In this document: in pieces, positions 1 to 12,559 of the stretch | Numbering within the stretch: the first letter of the stretch is position 1 | Layout of the letters: each line of letters begins with the position of its first letter | Source: Vicugna vicugna | Taxonomy: Eukaryota | Direction of reading: 5' to 3' | Assembly: GCA_013265495.1 (NCBI GenBank) | Contig: MU057640.1 | Location: forward strand, 1,683,303-1,747,302 | DNA: 64,000 nucleotides | Translations under genes and position numbers: made by a program | The notes under the pieces: model-generated | What the model saw: the letters and a program-made list of their open reading frames with translations, nothing else | Database searches by the model: none | What the model was told of the DNA's origin: nothing

Positions 1-848
1 ATTTCACTGTAGCTCAGAGCCAAGAATAATGCTTAACCACATTATCCTAGAATTCTGGTACCGGTGCAGCTGTGTCATTCTGCAAAGGTTTTGATTTTCT
101 ATTGTTTTCTTTAATTGGTTTATCATATCTATATGTCCTATTGAAAGCTATCTCAAAGTCTTTTTTCAAAAGATAGGGTTTTTTGAGGTGGGGTGGGAGG
201 GATGGCAGATCAAAGGGATTGAAGCTAATCAGGTCACGGTTTACAAATTTTTTGTGATCTACTTGTTATGAAATGTAGCATCTTAGAATAACTAGATATA
301 GATAAATAGCATGTGAATTTCATACTATGTCAGTTGTGCGTTTAACATGGTCTGAAAGGACTAGAATGGCAATTACATCAAGGTTGAGCTGTCTGGTAAG
401 AGCTTGTGCTACAGACATTGTGCCTGTGTTGCTAACTAGGGGAAATTTCATATGCTGTGGCTACTGAGTATGCATACATAAGCGAGGATAGTTGATTATG
501 AAAGTTCAAAACTCCAACTTATTTTCTTGCTGTCCGGAGGGTCTCCTGATCTCTTAAGGCAGAGCCACAATTTTCCTTCAGGCAAATTTCAAGTAATTGA
601 AAGAAAGCTTAACTGAAACCTCAGAGTACCATCTCCCGACTAGCCATGCCAACTCTGATTGATTTGGAATGACTGTGGATACTGTATGGAAAAGAGTTCT
701 AAGATTTCTTCCAGACTCAATGGGAAGAATGCTCAGCTTCACTAATGATACCTGTCAGGGATGGCGGAGATGAGAGTGGAGTGGGAAATCATGGATCTAT
801 ATGCCACTGGGCATGGTTAAACCATACATCGCATGGTTAAACCATAAG

Positions 849-935
849 TCTGAGATGGGGGCCAGGAATTTGCATTTCTAACAAGTTTCCAGTTGATGGT
901 GCTGATTCAGGGAACCACTCTTGGAGAACCATTTC
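849..935. mobile_element. MER5A-like hAT-Charlie MITE, partial
   Basis: ggccaggaatttgcatttctaacaagtttccagttgatggtgctgat...gagaacca resembles the terminal half of MER5A. Confidence 0.75.
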
Positions 936-1339
936 TATAGGTTATAACAGAAATCACTTTAACCAGGACATTTGCTTCCAATTCTTTTAATCATAGAAAA
1001 GACTTGATCTACCACTCGAAGATTTTCTGATTCTAATTAACAAACATCTCCACAGAGTCACTTGGAGGGATTAACTGCCCTTTGTGTCTTGCAGAATTGT
1101 TGTCCTGGATGAGTTGTTTGCTAATGATCACTCAAACTTTAAGGAGATACTAGCACAAGATAGCAGTTTTGAATGTAGTCAAACTAATACAGAATAGTTC
1201 TCTCAGTGTTCATTAGATATCAGAAGGAGCTGCATAGTGAGCCCTCTCTTGGTTCATGGATCATGTAATCAGAACAGAATGGGACATCTGTCCTACTTGC
1301 TGAAATCTGAGAAAGCAGCATCCTGCTCATCTAACAGTT

Positions 1340-1570
1340 ATTAACAGTCCTTAATAACTTAGACTGTGCCCAGCAGATTAGGTTTTTACATACTTCATCA
1401 TATTTAATATATTATCCCATTTTTAATCCTCATGTTAGCCATTCTCCAGATGAGAAAACAGAGGCTCAAAGAGGTTAAATAACTTTCCCAAGGTCACAGA
1501 AATACTAGGGGGTACAGCTGGGACTTGAATCCAGGCAGTCAGCCTCCACGGCTTATACCCTTCACTCCTA
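1340..1570 (-). mobile_element. MIR SINE
   Basis: MIR core in antisense: cagatgagaaaacagaggctcaaagaggttaaataactttcccaaggtcacag...ggacttgaatccaggcagtc. Confidence 0.85.
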
Positions 1571-3379
1571 CAATCGACTGCAACCAAATTTAATCAGACC
1601 AGTGTTGGCTAAAGGGGCAAATGCAAAGACAACATCTGGTTTCATAACATTTGAGTTGGACGTCAGATATTCAAAGACTATTTCTCTCCACTCTGATTCT
1701 AGAAATGCTATTTTAATGCCACTTTGATTCACCTGGATCTTCATTGTTGTTATCTGGCAAGGCCACCCCAATGACACGTATGGGATGTGCTGCCCGAAAA
1801 GCTGCACATGCATCCTGCCATTGTCAAACACATCTCCTTTTAAACATGCCAAGGGACTTGGTTATTTAAAGGCATCTACCAGCAAGTACTCCTTGAAAAA
1901 TGAAAAATCTTCTTATAATGAAAAGAATCACCCCATGTTCTGATTTACAAGTCTAATTTTTTTTTAACACCAGATTTTTTTTTTCTTGGCAGGTGGGAGG
2001 TGTTTGGTTTGAGTGGGAAGAATTTAGTCCGGAGGAGAAATCCAGGGCCAAAGCCAGAACCCATTGGCTTTTTCATCCTTCTTCTTAAAACAAAGGTACC
2101 AGGAGTGGGCATGATGGCACCGGACATGAATTTCTCTGCCTGGGGGGTTGCTGCTGCCCTCGTGCCAAGGGATAGCTGCCTCATCCTGCAAGACCCCACT
2201 CACAGGGGACTCCATGGCAGCCTAGGGAGCCCACTGGACCAGACCACCAGCATCTGGAAGGCCAGCCTCATTAAATTTTTAGTAACATCAAGAAAAGGAA
2301 AGGAAAACGTTAATCGCTAGTTCTCATACTGAAGGCCAAAGGAATCCTTTGTTAACTTTTCCACCCATTCATCCAAGGGTGAAAAAGTTCAATGGCAGTT
2401 TCTTGAAGAGAGCCCTCATCTTGGGAATCTTAATGGGATTCCTCTCACGAATGTGAGTTTGCCTGGATTTGTCTCTGTGTACTTAACTGATTTGCAGAGC
2501 CGTTTGGAATTGTGAAAATCTGGGGGCCACGAATAAGAAAGGGGAGGGAAGATGCAAAGCCTGGACTAAAACCTGTGCTCCCAAAATGATTTCTCTGCTG
2601 CATCAGCTCCTTTATGAATCTTCACTTATTGTTATTTAAAATGTGTTTAAAAAGCTGAAAAATCCTCCCTAATATCTGGGCTATATATAGATCAGCACTT
2701 CTCAAACTTTTCAACTGAAGTACTTCTAACAGCTGAAGAGTTGAGCCCACGCTCTACCCCCGGCCCCTACACTCTCCTGATGTATGAGGTTCCTGGAAGA
2801 ATCCTGCTCAAAGGCACATCCTCCTCAAGATCTTATGTTTTAGCTGAAATAATTCACATGATTTTGCATCCTTGCTTTGGCCCTGGGGTGTGAGTTACCC
2901 CAGCATGGGAATGGGTGCAGGTCATGCAACCACCTACCGAGCCATCAGATTAGCTCTGGATCATCTACTTTGGGCTTTGAGGTCACATGTGTGACCAAAT
3001 TTCATAGACCTATTACATTTTTCTTAGAGCAGTATAAATAACCAGCTTGTGCCATAGTCAGAATTTCAGATCCTTTCTCAAATATGAGAGGATACACTAA
3101 ATTCAGGTTAAGGTTTGCTGATTATGGTAAGGGCAGGGGAGTTAGTCAAGGGAGAGGATGTGTGTAACTTTAGCCTGGCAGAAGGATTTGTAAAAATATA
3201 AGCATCTTAAATGAGGGTTAAAAGGGGAAAATACAATATGCAATGATTATATTCTGAATCAGAAGTATTTTTTACAAGATGGGTTTTAGAGTGAGCCTGC
3301 AGAAAAATATTTTAACTCTTTTCAGGGACCACATTGGTGGTGAGAGTATTGGCATTGTTTTTCTGAGTCTGTTGTGCAT

Positions 3380-3840
3380 AATGTGGGATGAAGCTGTAGC
3401 ATCTATGAAAATGAGCCAATTTTTCAGATCTTCTGCTTCCTGGAGCATAGTTGACTGACAGCCCCAACTTCGGCCCTCTGGATCTCCCACTGCCACGCCC
3501 CGTCCTCCCAGCCAATGAATGAGCACTGTGGGTGGTACATCAGTGCAGGTTTATTCCTGTTGGATGCAGGACTCCAACTCATTTTTGTCTCTAGGTCTCC
3601 CCATCTGCCTGGCTAAAACTCTCTTGGAACTGGGATGAACTCTGGGGCTCCTCTTACCAGTCCTTCCTTCCCCAGGCCCCTTCCCAGGTGTCAAACTTGC
3701 CCTGTAGTCTGCAGGCTGTTCCTGCTGCTCTTCTTTCCTCCCTTTTACCCTTTCCAGGCTCTTCTTCTCCAAAACCTTTTGCATCTCCAAAACCTAATTC
3801 CATCTTGGTTTTTGCCTCTCAAAAGTCCTGAACTAACCTA
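3380..3840 (+). mobile_element. LTR16A-like ERVL solo LTR
   Basis: tgactgacagcccc...ccctctggatc...cccagccaatgaatgagca...taattccatcttgg...cctgaactaac follows the recalled LTR16A consensus in order. Confidence 0.7.
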
Positions 3841-3970
3841 AAAACAAATGGATAATCATGAGATACTGTAATTTCCAGGGTTCTCAGTGTGAGAGAAGAT
3901 ATCACATAGAATAAAATAAATAAAATCCCCGAGTCCTACATTTGAAATGGAAATATCAACACTAGTTTGT

Positions 3971-6072
3971 AACACTCATTTATGATAAAAACTCTGACCA
4001 AAGTGGGTACAGAAGGAACATATCTCAACATAATAAAAGCTATTTATGACAAACCTACAGCCAGAATAATACTCAATGGGGAAAAGTTGAAAGCCTTCCT
4101 GCTAAAATCTGGAACAAGACAAGGATGCCCACCCTCACCACTTCAGTGTAGTATTGGAAGTCCTAGCCTTGCAATTAGACGAGAAAAAGAAATAAAAGGG
4201 AAGAAAAGAGGTAAAACCGTCATTATATACAGATGACATGATACTATATATAGAAAACCATAAAGGCTCCACACAGAAACTACTAGAGCTAATAAAAAAA
4301 TTCGACAAGGTAGCAAGATACAAGATTAGTATACAGAAATCAGCTGCATTTCTTTACACTAACAATCAAATATCAGAAAAGGAAAGTAAAGAAACAATCC
4401 CTTTAAAAAATTCCTTCCAAAAAAATAATACTTAGGAATAAATCTGGCCAAGGAAGTGAGACTTATAGCAGACAACTACGCAACACTAAGGATATTACAT
4501 ATGACTTAAAGAAATGGAAAGATATCCCATGTTCTTGAATTGGAATAATTAATATTGGTAAAACGGCCATACTACCCAAAGCAATCTATGGATTTAATGC
4601 AATCCCTATCAAATTACCCAGGACATTTCTCACAGAACTAGAACAAATAATCCTAAAATTTTTATGGAATCACAAAAGACCCAGAATTGCCAAAGCAATA
4701 CTGAAGAAAAAGAATGAAGCTAGAGGAATAACTCTCCCAGACCTCAGACAAAACTACAGAGCTACAATAATCAAATCAGCATGTTATTGGTACAAAAACA
4801 GACATGTGGATCAATGGAACAGAATAGAGAGCCCAGAAATATAAGCCCAAACTTTTGTCAATTAATCTTTGACAAAGGAGGCAAGAACATACAATGGCGT
4901 AAAGACAGTCTCTTCAGCAAATGCTGTTGGGATAACTGGGCAGCTGCATGTGAATCAATGAAATTAGAATATTTCCTCACACCATACACAAAAATAAACT
5001 CAAAACCTACCGAATGGGAGGAAATATTTGCAAAAGATGAAACTGACAAGGGCTTAATTTCCAGAATATATAAGCAATAAGAAAAAAACAAACAACCCAA
5101 TCCAAAAGTGGGCAGAAGACATAAACAAGCAATTCTCCAATAAAGATACACAAATGGCCAATAGGCACATGAAAAAATACTCAACATCACTAATTATTAG
5201 AGAAATGCAAATCCATCACTAATTATTAGAGAAATGCAAATACAATGAGGTATCACCTCACACCAGTCAGAATGGCCATCATTCAAAAGTCCACAAACAA
5301 TAAATGCTGGAGAAGCTGTGGAGAAAAGGAAACCCTCCTACACTGTTGGTGGAAATGTAGCTTGATGCAGCCGTTATGGAAAACAGTATGGAGATTCCTC
5401 AAAAAAATAAAAAAGACTTACCATATGACCCAGCAATCCCACTCCTGGGCATATATCCAGAGGGAACTTCAATTCAAAAAGATACATGCATCTCAATGTT
5501 CACAGCAGCACTATTTACAATAGTCAAGACATGGAAGCAACCTAAATGTCCATTGACAGATGACTGGATAAAGAAGTTGTAGTGTATTTATACAATAGAA
5601 TACTAGTCAGCCACAAAAAATAATAAAATAATGCCATTTGCAGCAACTTGGGTGAACCTGGAGATTGTCATTCTAAGTGAAGTAAGCCAGAAAGAGAAAG
5701 AAAAATACCATATATCACTCATATGTGGGATCTAAAACAAAGACAAATGAACTTATTTACAAAACATAAATGAACTCACAGACATAGAAAACAAACTTAT
5801 GGTTACCAGAGGGGGAAGGGGGTGGAAGAGGATACATTGGGAGTTTGAGATTTGCAAATAGCAACTAATATATATAAAATAAACAACGAATTCATATTGT
5901 ATAGCACAGGGGACTATATTCAGTGTCTTGTAATAACCCGTGGTGAAAAAGAATATGAAAACAAATATATATATGTATATGTATGACTGAAGCATTGTGC
6001 TATACACCAGAAATTGATTCAACATTATAAACTGACTATACTTCAATAAAAATATACATACGAGAAAACGCC
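3971..6072 (+). mobile_element. 5'-truncated L1 (decayed ORF2 RT/C-terminal region plus 3' UTR), lineage-specific
   Basis: ORFs 3982-4236 (YDKPTA...SGTRQGCP), 4238-4435, 4781-5080 and 5245-5582 are L1 ORF2 peptides broken by frameshifts; target-site duplication (TSD) cactagtttgt at 3960-3970 and 6073-6083. Confidence 0.95.
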
Positions 6073-6114
6073 CACTAGTTTGTGAGGTATTTTATCTTTA
6101 AATACCAACCATTC

Positions 6115-6435
6115 TCTAGGATGGTCCCCATTGATTTGTCCTCCAGATGTTCATGACCTTCTGTAGTCCCCTCCCCTCCCCCGACCTTGCCTTTATAACC
6201 AGGAGGATAGCTTGGGGATGACAGAATGTGATTTCCAAGCCTAGATCATAAAAGACACAGTGGTTTCTGCTTTATTCTCCTGGATCACTCGCTCTGGGGG
6301 AAGCCCATGTGGTGAGGAATGGCGCCTCCTGTCAACGGCCAGCACCAGCCTACCAGTTTGGAGTGCGCCTTACCTTGGAAGTGGGTCTTCCAGTCTAGTC
6401 AAGCCTTCAGATGACTGAAGGCCTGGCCAACATCT
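6115..6435 (+). mobile_element. MLT1 (E/F-like) MaLR LTR fragment
   Basis: tgtgatttccaagcctagatcataaaagaca...ggatcactcgctctgggggaagcc...caagccttcagatgactg. Confidence 0.7.
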
Positions 6436-6603
6436 CTTTATAAACACATCAGAATCACTTGCAAGATTTCTCAAAAAACAGATTGCTAGGCTCCACCTTC
6501 AGAGTTTCTGATTTAGTAGGCCTGAGGCGGCCCAATACTTTGCATCTCCATCAGGTTTCCAGCTAGTGATGAAACCACTGGTCCACGCTTAGAGACCACC
6601 CCT
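6436..6603. mobile_element. MER5A-like MITE
   Basis: catcagaatcacttg...cagattgctaggctccaccttcagagtttctgatttagtagg. Confidence 0.8.
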
Positions 6604-6605
6604 AT

Positions 6606-6830
6606 AAAAGTCAGGACAGTGGTCACTTGGGATGAGATGGGGAGAAAGAATGAAGGGAACTGTAATTGGGACAGGATACGTGGAGGGGTTTCCCAGGTGG
6701 CTGGCCAAACTCTATTTCTTGGCTTCGGTGTTAGTTATAAGAATATTAGCTATATAATAATTCATTAAACTATACATTTGTTTTAGGTGGTTTTTTGTAC
6801 CTGTGTTTTATTTTGCAACAAGGTTAAGAA
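6606..6830 (+). mobile_element. old L1M (L1MD/ME-like) 3' end
   Basis: aagtcaggacagtggtcacttggg...ataattcattaaactatacatttgtttt. Confidence 0.55.
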
Positions 6831-9800
6831 ATTTAAATTCTGTAAAGATTAAACAAATACATAGACTTCTAATTTTCACAGTTCAGTTGAGTGATTTCCT
6901 CATGTTCCCAAACCAGAAAGTGGGCGTGACATGTCTGTCTCATACATTCCATACACAGTCTATATTTCTAGTTCTAGACACAAGACAGGATGCCATGTAC
7001 CCTACTACAGAAATTAGATAAATCACAGCAAAATGGAACCATCCCACGTGAGAGACACTTGACAACTTACTCCTAACTGGTTACTTCTTCATCTTTATCA
7101 CTAATATTTCTAAAGCACCAATGAAAGCAAAGCCCTGTATAAAATGTTAGGAGTTAGAAACAAATCAAAACAAAACATGGATCCAACCCCAAGTCACTTT
7201 CGGTCAGCTGGGGAGAAGCAGATTTTTTTTAAGGTACAGATAAAGCTACATAAAATTAGAAACACTGACTATACTTTTGGTTGCTCTCAATACATCTGAT
7301 TTAAAAAAAACTTACAAAAGCATAAATTTAGAAGTCACTTTTATAACCCAAGCCCCAAAATAGTCTTAAAATATTTATGACAAAATTAAGTCCTAGCAAA
7401 ACTTTTATGGTGATATCTTTACAGTATCTTATTTTTATTTCTTCTTGCTTCCTTCTTATCACCATCAAATATTTATGCAGTGTCTTCTCTTTGTAAGACA
7501 CTGTATTGAGGGTTTTACAGTAATTCACTTATCATTAAATTGAACAGGTAACCTGGGTATACTGCCATTTAGCTGGGGCAAGAGCATAGTATTAAGTGAA
7601 TGTCTTCCTATCTATTTTCTCCCTTTGAATTTGGTATTAAACAGACAGTGCAGATATTGTGAAATAGTGTCGGTTCCTCCAGAACTCTGACACTTTTGAG
7701 GAATGGCCAGAATGAATGGTTTAACATTGGGAGAGAAGAGTTGCAGGTGCACATTCATTCAAGAAATAGATGTTAAGGGCTTCTTTATGGTTATTAACTG
7801 TTACTGTTTGGCTCACACCATTGAAAACCAGATAAGGGCTATAGACTTATACCTCAAAAGATGCTCAAACGTACCACAAAGCTTCATGACACTTCCAGGC
7901 TGTTTGTCAACAAGCATGAATTTCCACTGGGCTTAAGGACCAGGGAGAGAACACCAGGCTTGGTTACACTGTATGATGCCGAGTGCTAGAACCGAAATAC
8001 ATAAACACGTGGTTCCTGTTTTCAAAGAGCTTTCATGCCAGTGAAGAACAAAATAGATGAAAATATTTTTATTGCAGTAAGATCATGTCTTAATTGAGCT
8101 ACGTACAGATAGAAGCCTTTTGGTAAACATCACCTTTATTTTTATCTGCTTATACTTTTTCGAAACACAGTGCCTAGAGTTCTTTATAAGCCATATTATC
8201 CAGATGGAAAAGACAGGGGGAAAGAGAGTCTGAGCTTGCCAAATATGACTCAGCAAGTCAGTGACAGACCCAGAAAATAGAAACGAGTTTGCAACAACCT
8301 ACCTTGAAACAAGATCTCTCTCCATTAGCTCAGACCTGCAGTTGGGTGAGACCCAGCTCTGACACTAGAGGAGGAAGCCATTGAGTCAGCTCAATGTGGA
8401 GACCAGCTTTGAAGAGAGTCCTCCTGTGTGGAACAGAGCAGAGCTCTGATTCCTTGCCTCAGTCATTTCCTCCCTGCTGGCTCAAGAGATGCGACCAAGC
8501 CATCTGCAACTGCCCATCCTGCCACCTGTGTTGTCTTTGATCCATGATACAGAACCTGTCACTTCTGACTTCTGAGAACAGCGCCTGCTTCCTGCAGGTA
8601 GACCCACTGGCTGGAGCTTGAAGGTCAAGAGAGTTCCAGCCTGTGAACTCTGTCCTGCAGATTTTCCAGAGACATTTGAAAAAGACCTGAGACCTCCTGG
8701 TGAAAAACTCTCCAGATGAAATGATGTGTTTCTGTCCCTAGCGCTTGCCGAGGGCTGGGCTCATATGTGGATGCTTAATGAAATGTACTGTGAAATTAAG
8801 TCAATTCTTTCTGACATGTGAAATCAGGAAATTGTGTCATCATACTTAACAGAATATGCTAGAGTTGTGCACTTAGTGTTCTTTTCTAAATTGTGGTATC
8901 CTAATAGGCAGACATGCCATTTATTCACCTCATATTTAATGCCTAACATACAACCTGGAGCACAGTAGATACCCAATAAATTGATGAGTTAGTGACTATT
9001 GAATTATGGAGCGTCTATAAGATGCTAGTTCTTGATATAGGGGGAAAAAAGGAGTTGCAGAGAAAGAATTCAAATCAAATTGTTAAGGACATTTTTATTA
9101 GACTGACTGGTTATTTTTAAAAATCCAAGCAATAACTGGAGGTACAAAGAATAAAGCAATTACCAATTGCTTGAATCCAAAAGTAACCATGATGAAAATT
9201 TAGTTGCTATCGTTCCAGACATCTCTTGGTGCATAGATTAACAGCTAATATTTTAAAATATAGAACTGATCCATTCCAATTTCCTTCTTAATTGGTTCCC
9301 CAGCAGCCTTCCCTCATCAGGGTTGAGCTGCTGAGTTACAAGGCTTATTGTTCCTGAGAAAGAACAGGTACTATCTGGAACAGGGGGCACTGACGACAGC
9401 TAACTCCCTTGACTTCTTGATTTCAAACAAGAAAATATTCAGGAAAACCAGCATAATCAAGAGAGGAAAAGATTTCTGAGCTATGTCATCTCCCCCTTTA
9501 ACATCAGTCCTAGGTCATAGAGTTTCTTCTCTAGCATCCAGGGGACCTCTCTTCTGTGTGTGATGATTGTGCCATGAGGCTGCCTACTCCAGGAAGAGCA
9601 TGTCAAAAGACAGACATGCTACAGATGAAACAGAAACCCCCAAACCTGCCCAATTCTCACTCCAGGAATTGTAGGAAAAGAAAGTTCAGACAGAGATGGA
9701 GAAGGTGAGACACAAGACTCTGGTTTTCAACCTGCCTCAGAACCAAACGTGTGAGCACAGAGGGAGCCTTACAATGTTGTGACAGCTAACAGAAGTCCAA

Positions 9801-10571
9801 GAACTGGAGGCTTCCCCGTCCATCCTACAAGGAGGCTTTCAGTCTTAAAGCGGCACTGCACACCCCCACCTCCAATCAGGCACAGAGCAATGGGGGCGCC
9901 CAGGTGGATAGTTCAACCCAAGGTCATGTTCCTCATCCCAATGGCTTCTGCCAGGGGCCCAGACATTCCTGCATGACTGAGGGAAGGAATGCAGAGGGGC
10001 TGATTGGGTCGGTGAACAAGCAGAAGCCTGACTGCATAGGACTTCAAGACCAGAGGCAGTAGGCCAGCACCATAAATGCCAGGGGCGAGTGTCTCACAAG
10101 TCACAGTCCAGGAAAGAGCCTACAACAGCCAGCTCAAAGCAGAGATCGCTGGTGACTGGAGGGTGGAGCATGGATTTGTGAACTCTGTCTTCCCCTTCCT
10201 GCTGAGGCCACCATGAGGACACATAATCCATCGTACCCCAGGAGGAAAGCCTCCACCTTGGAGGGGAACAAGGAGAATCTGAGAGACTGATTTACCTCAA
10301 TGAACGCCTTAAACCGTATCATTGTATTCAGTTTACCAGGTTGGAGTAAAGTTTTGATCCCTCCTTCTTTGTATTCCACCCATCACAGTGACCATTACCA
10401 CGTAGCGCAAGGAGCTTACAACCAATATCAGAGCATTTATTTAAAGCAAGATGGTGTCTTTTCTTTGTACATATGAGTCTCGTAAATGTGTAGCTCAGTT
10501 ATGTAGATGTGCACATAAAAGTATAGAGAGATAAATCTACCCAGTTGTATCAACACATGACCATGGTGTAC

Positions 10572-11680
10572 GTATCTGTTAGGGTGCAGTTGCATGTACC
10601 AGAAATGCTCCTGCAGTTTAAGTGGACAGGGAGCTGGGTGCAAGTTGAATTAAGGAAGGGCTCAGAGAGCAGGCTTCAGGCTTAGGACTCTAAGGTCCTG
10701 TTCTGGAGGTCCTGTTCTGATCTCCAGAACAATACTTTAGAAACAGTGTGTCAGGCAATGTCTACTCCTGCCACAATCAGGAATCTGGAGGACCAGGATG
10801 GTACTGTCCCAAATTCAGGCTCCAGGATTTTGCCATTTACAGTAGATGGAAAGCCCTATATCCACGCCCTCATCCCTGGAATCTGTCAATATTTCCTTAT
10901 GAGGAAATAGAGTCTCTGCAGGTGTGATTAAACTTGAGGACCTTGAGATAGGATTATCCTGGATAATCAGGGCGGATCAAAAAGGCATGGATACATGTGA
11001 ATGTATCCTAAGAAGAGGGAGGCAGAGGGACATTCAACACAGACAGAAAAGGAGAAGGTGACTAGAGATGGAGGTAGAGATTACAGCAATGTGACCACAA
11101 GCCAAGGAATGCTGGCAGCCACCAGAAGACAGAAGAAGCAAGGAACAGATCCCCTCTAGAGCCTCTTGAGGGAGCCTGGCCCTGCTGACATCTTTATTTC
11201 AGCCCAGTAATACTGATTTTGAACTCTTGACCTCCAGAATTATAACACAGTAATTTTCTATTGTTTTAATCCACCAAGTTTGTGGGAATTTATTACAGGA
11301 GTCACAGGAAATTAATATACCACCCCAAGGTGATCTAGGCACAAGGAATTCCCCACCTCAGGTCTCAGTGGTGACTCCAGGAACCATGGGGTTGCCTTAG
11401 CTGCAACCCAGGAGTCAAGAAGCCCCAAGGGAACTGTGGACTCCAGAGCCACCGTGCTACTGCTGAAGCTCCAACACCATCACCTGATCCACACTGAGCT
11501 CATTGGCTGAGTCCAGGTCTCACACAAGTGCATCTGATCGGTGGCTTCTACATTCTATGTGAACAGGAGCTGCAAGAGAGTCTGCAAATACAGATTGTAT
11601 CATTGCAGCCCCTGAAGAACAGGAAGACACCCTAGGCTGAAGCTGAAGAGTTGTTAAATAATCCAATCCATTTTTAGCAA
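10572..11680 (-). mobile_element. old MLT1 (J/K/L-like) LTR split by a younger MLT1
   Basis: tgttagggtgcagttgcatgtaccagaaa at the left and agctgcaagagagtctgcaaat at the right resemble antisense old MLT1. Confidence 0.45.
10838..11321 (+). mobile_element. MLT1C/D-like MaLR solo LTR
   Basis: tatccacgccctcatccctggaatctgt...ccacaagccaaggaatgctggcagccaccagaag...ttattacaggagtcacaggaaattaatatac. Confidence 0.85.
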
Positions 11681-11879
11681 GCTATTAAATGTAATATTAC
11701 TTAAAAAAAGAAAAAAGAAATGAAATTGAAGTGAAAAGAGAAAAGCGCTGAACTTCAGATTAATGTATCTTCACCACTCAAGATATTTCTTCCTCAAAGA
11801 GCCCCTTACAATTGAGATGAAAGTGTTATTCAAAACTTAACAGATTAAAGTAACGTTAAGCAACTGTTTTAATTTTAGA

Positions 11880-12310
11880 CAGGATATTTTAATTTATTTT
11901 CCTAGAATACACTCATAGCTTGTTCCCAAAGCCCCTATGAATACTACTGAATTTTCATTCTATTAAATTTACCTTGTCAAGGTTCTAACGTTTACATCCA
12001 TGTTTACAGCATAAATCCCATAGGATTCAGTGCTAATTTCTGATTCTTTCATCCTGGCTTTCCTTTTTTTTTTGGCTTCTTTATTTTGATTTCTCTCTTG
12101 GTTTTCTGCATTTTAACTTTATCAACAAGTAATTCATCAAGAAAGACCCTGAGTAATATATATTGAGTTCTTGCATGCTTGAGACTACCTGCTTGTTCCT
12201 TTTATTCTGGAAGGGTACCTGGATAGAATTGTTAGGTCACAAGTCTCTTCCCTGAGAACATGGCAAACACTGCTCTGCTGTCACCCAGCACTGAGTATTG
12301 TGCAGCTTGT
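11880..12310 (-). mobile_element. old L1M/HAL1-like fragment
   Basis: T-rich; ctgagtaatatatattgagttcttgcatg...ggatagaattgttaggtcacaag resembles the antisense ORF1 region of old L1. Confidence 0.45.
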
Positions 12311-12559
12311 TCTGTTTGTTTTCACTAAAGTTTCCCTCTTCGTCCCTTGGCTAAATGGATTTCATTCTTAAGCCTTTAAAATTTTTCTGGCAAGAAGTTG
12401 TGCCTCTCCCCTTGTTGGGTTGCTGCTAGGGAAGCTTGTTTGTACGTTTTTTGGTTACTTGGATGTTTCTGTTTTGTTCCAAGAGGCAGGTTTTATTACT
12501 TGCATATTATTTGCATAATAATCTGGGGACCAGTTTTCCTCACCATCTTTACCTGAAAC

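Noticed and set aside
1..560. Possible 3' UTR of a neighbouring gene
   Set aside because: AT-rich unique sequence, but I saw no clear poly(A) signal or coding exon to anchor it.
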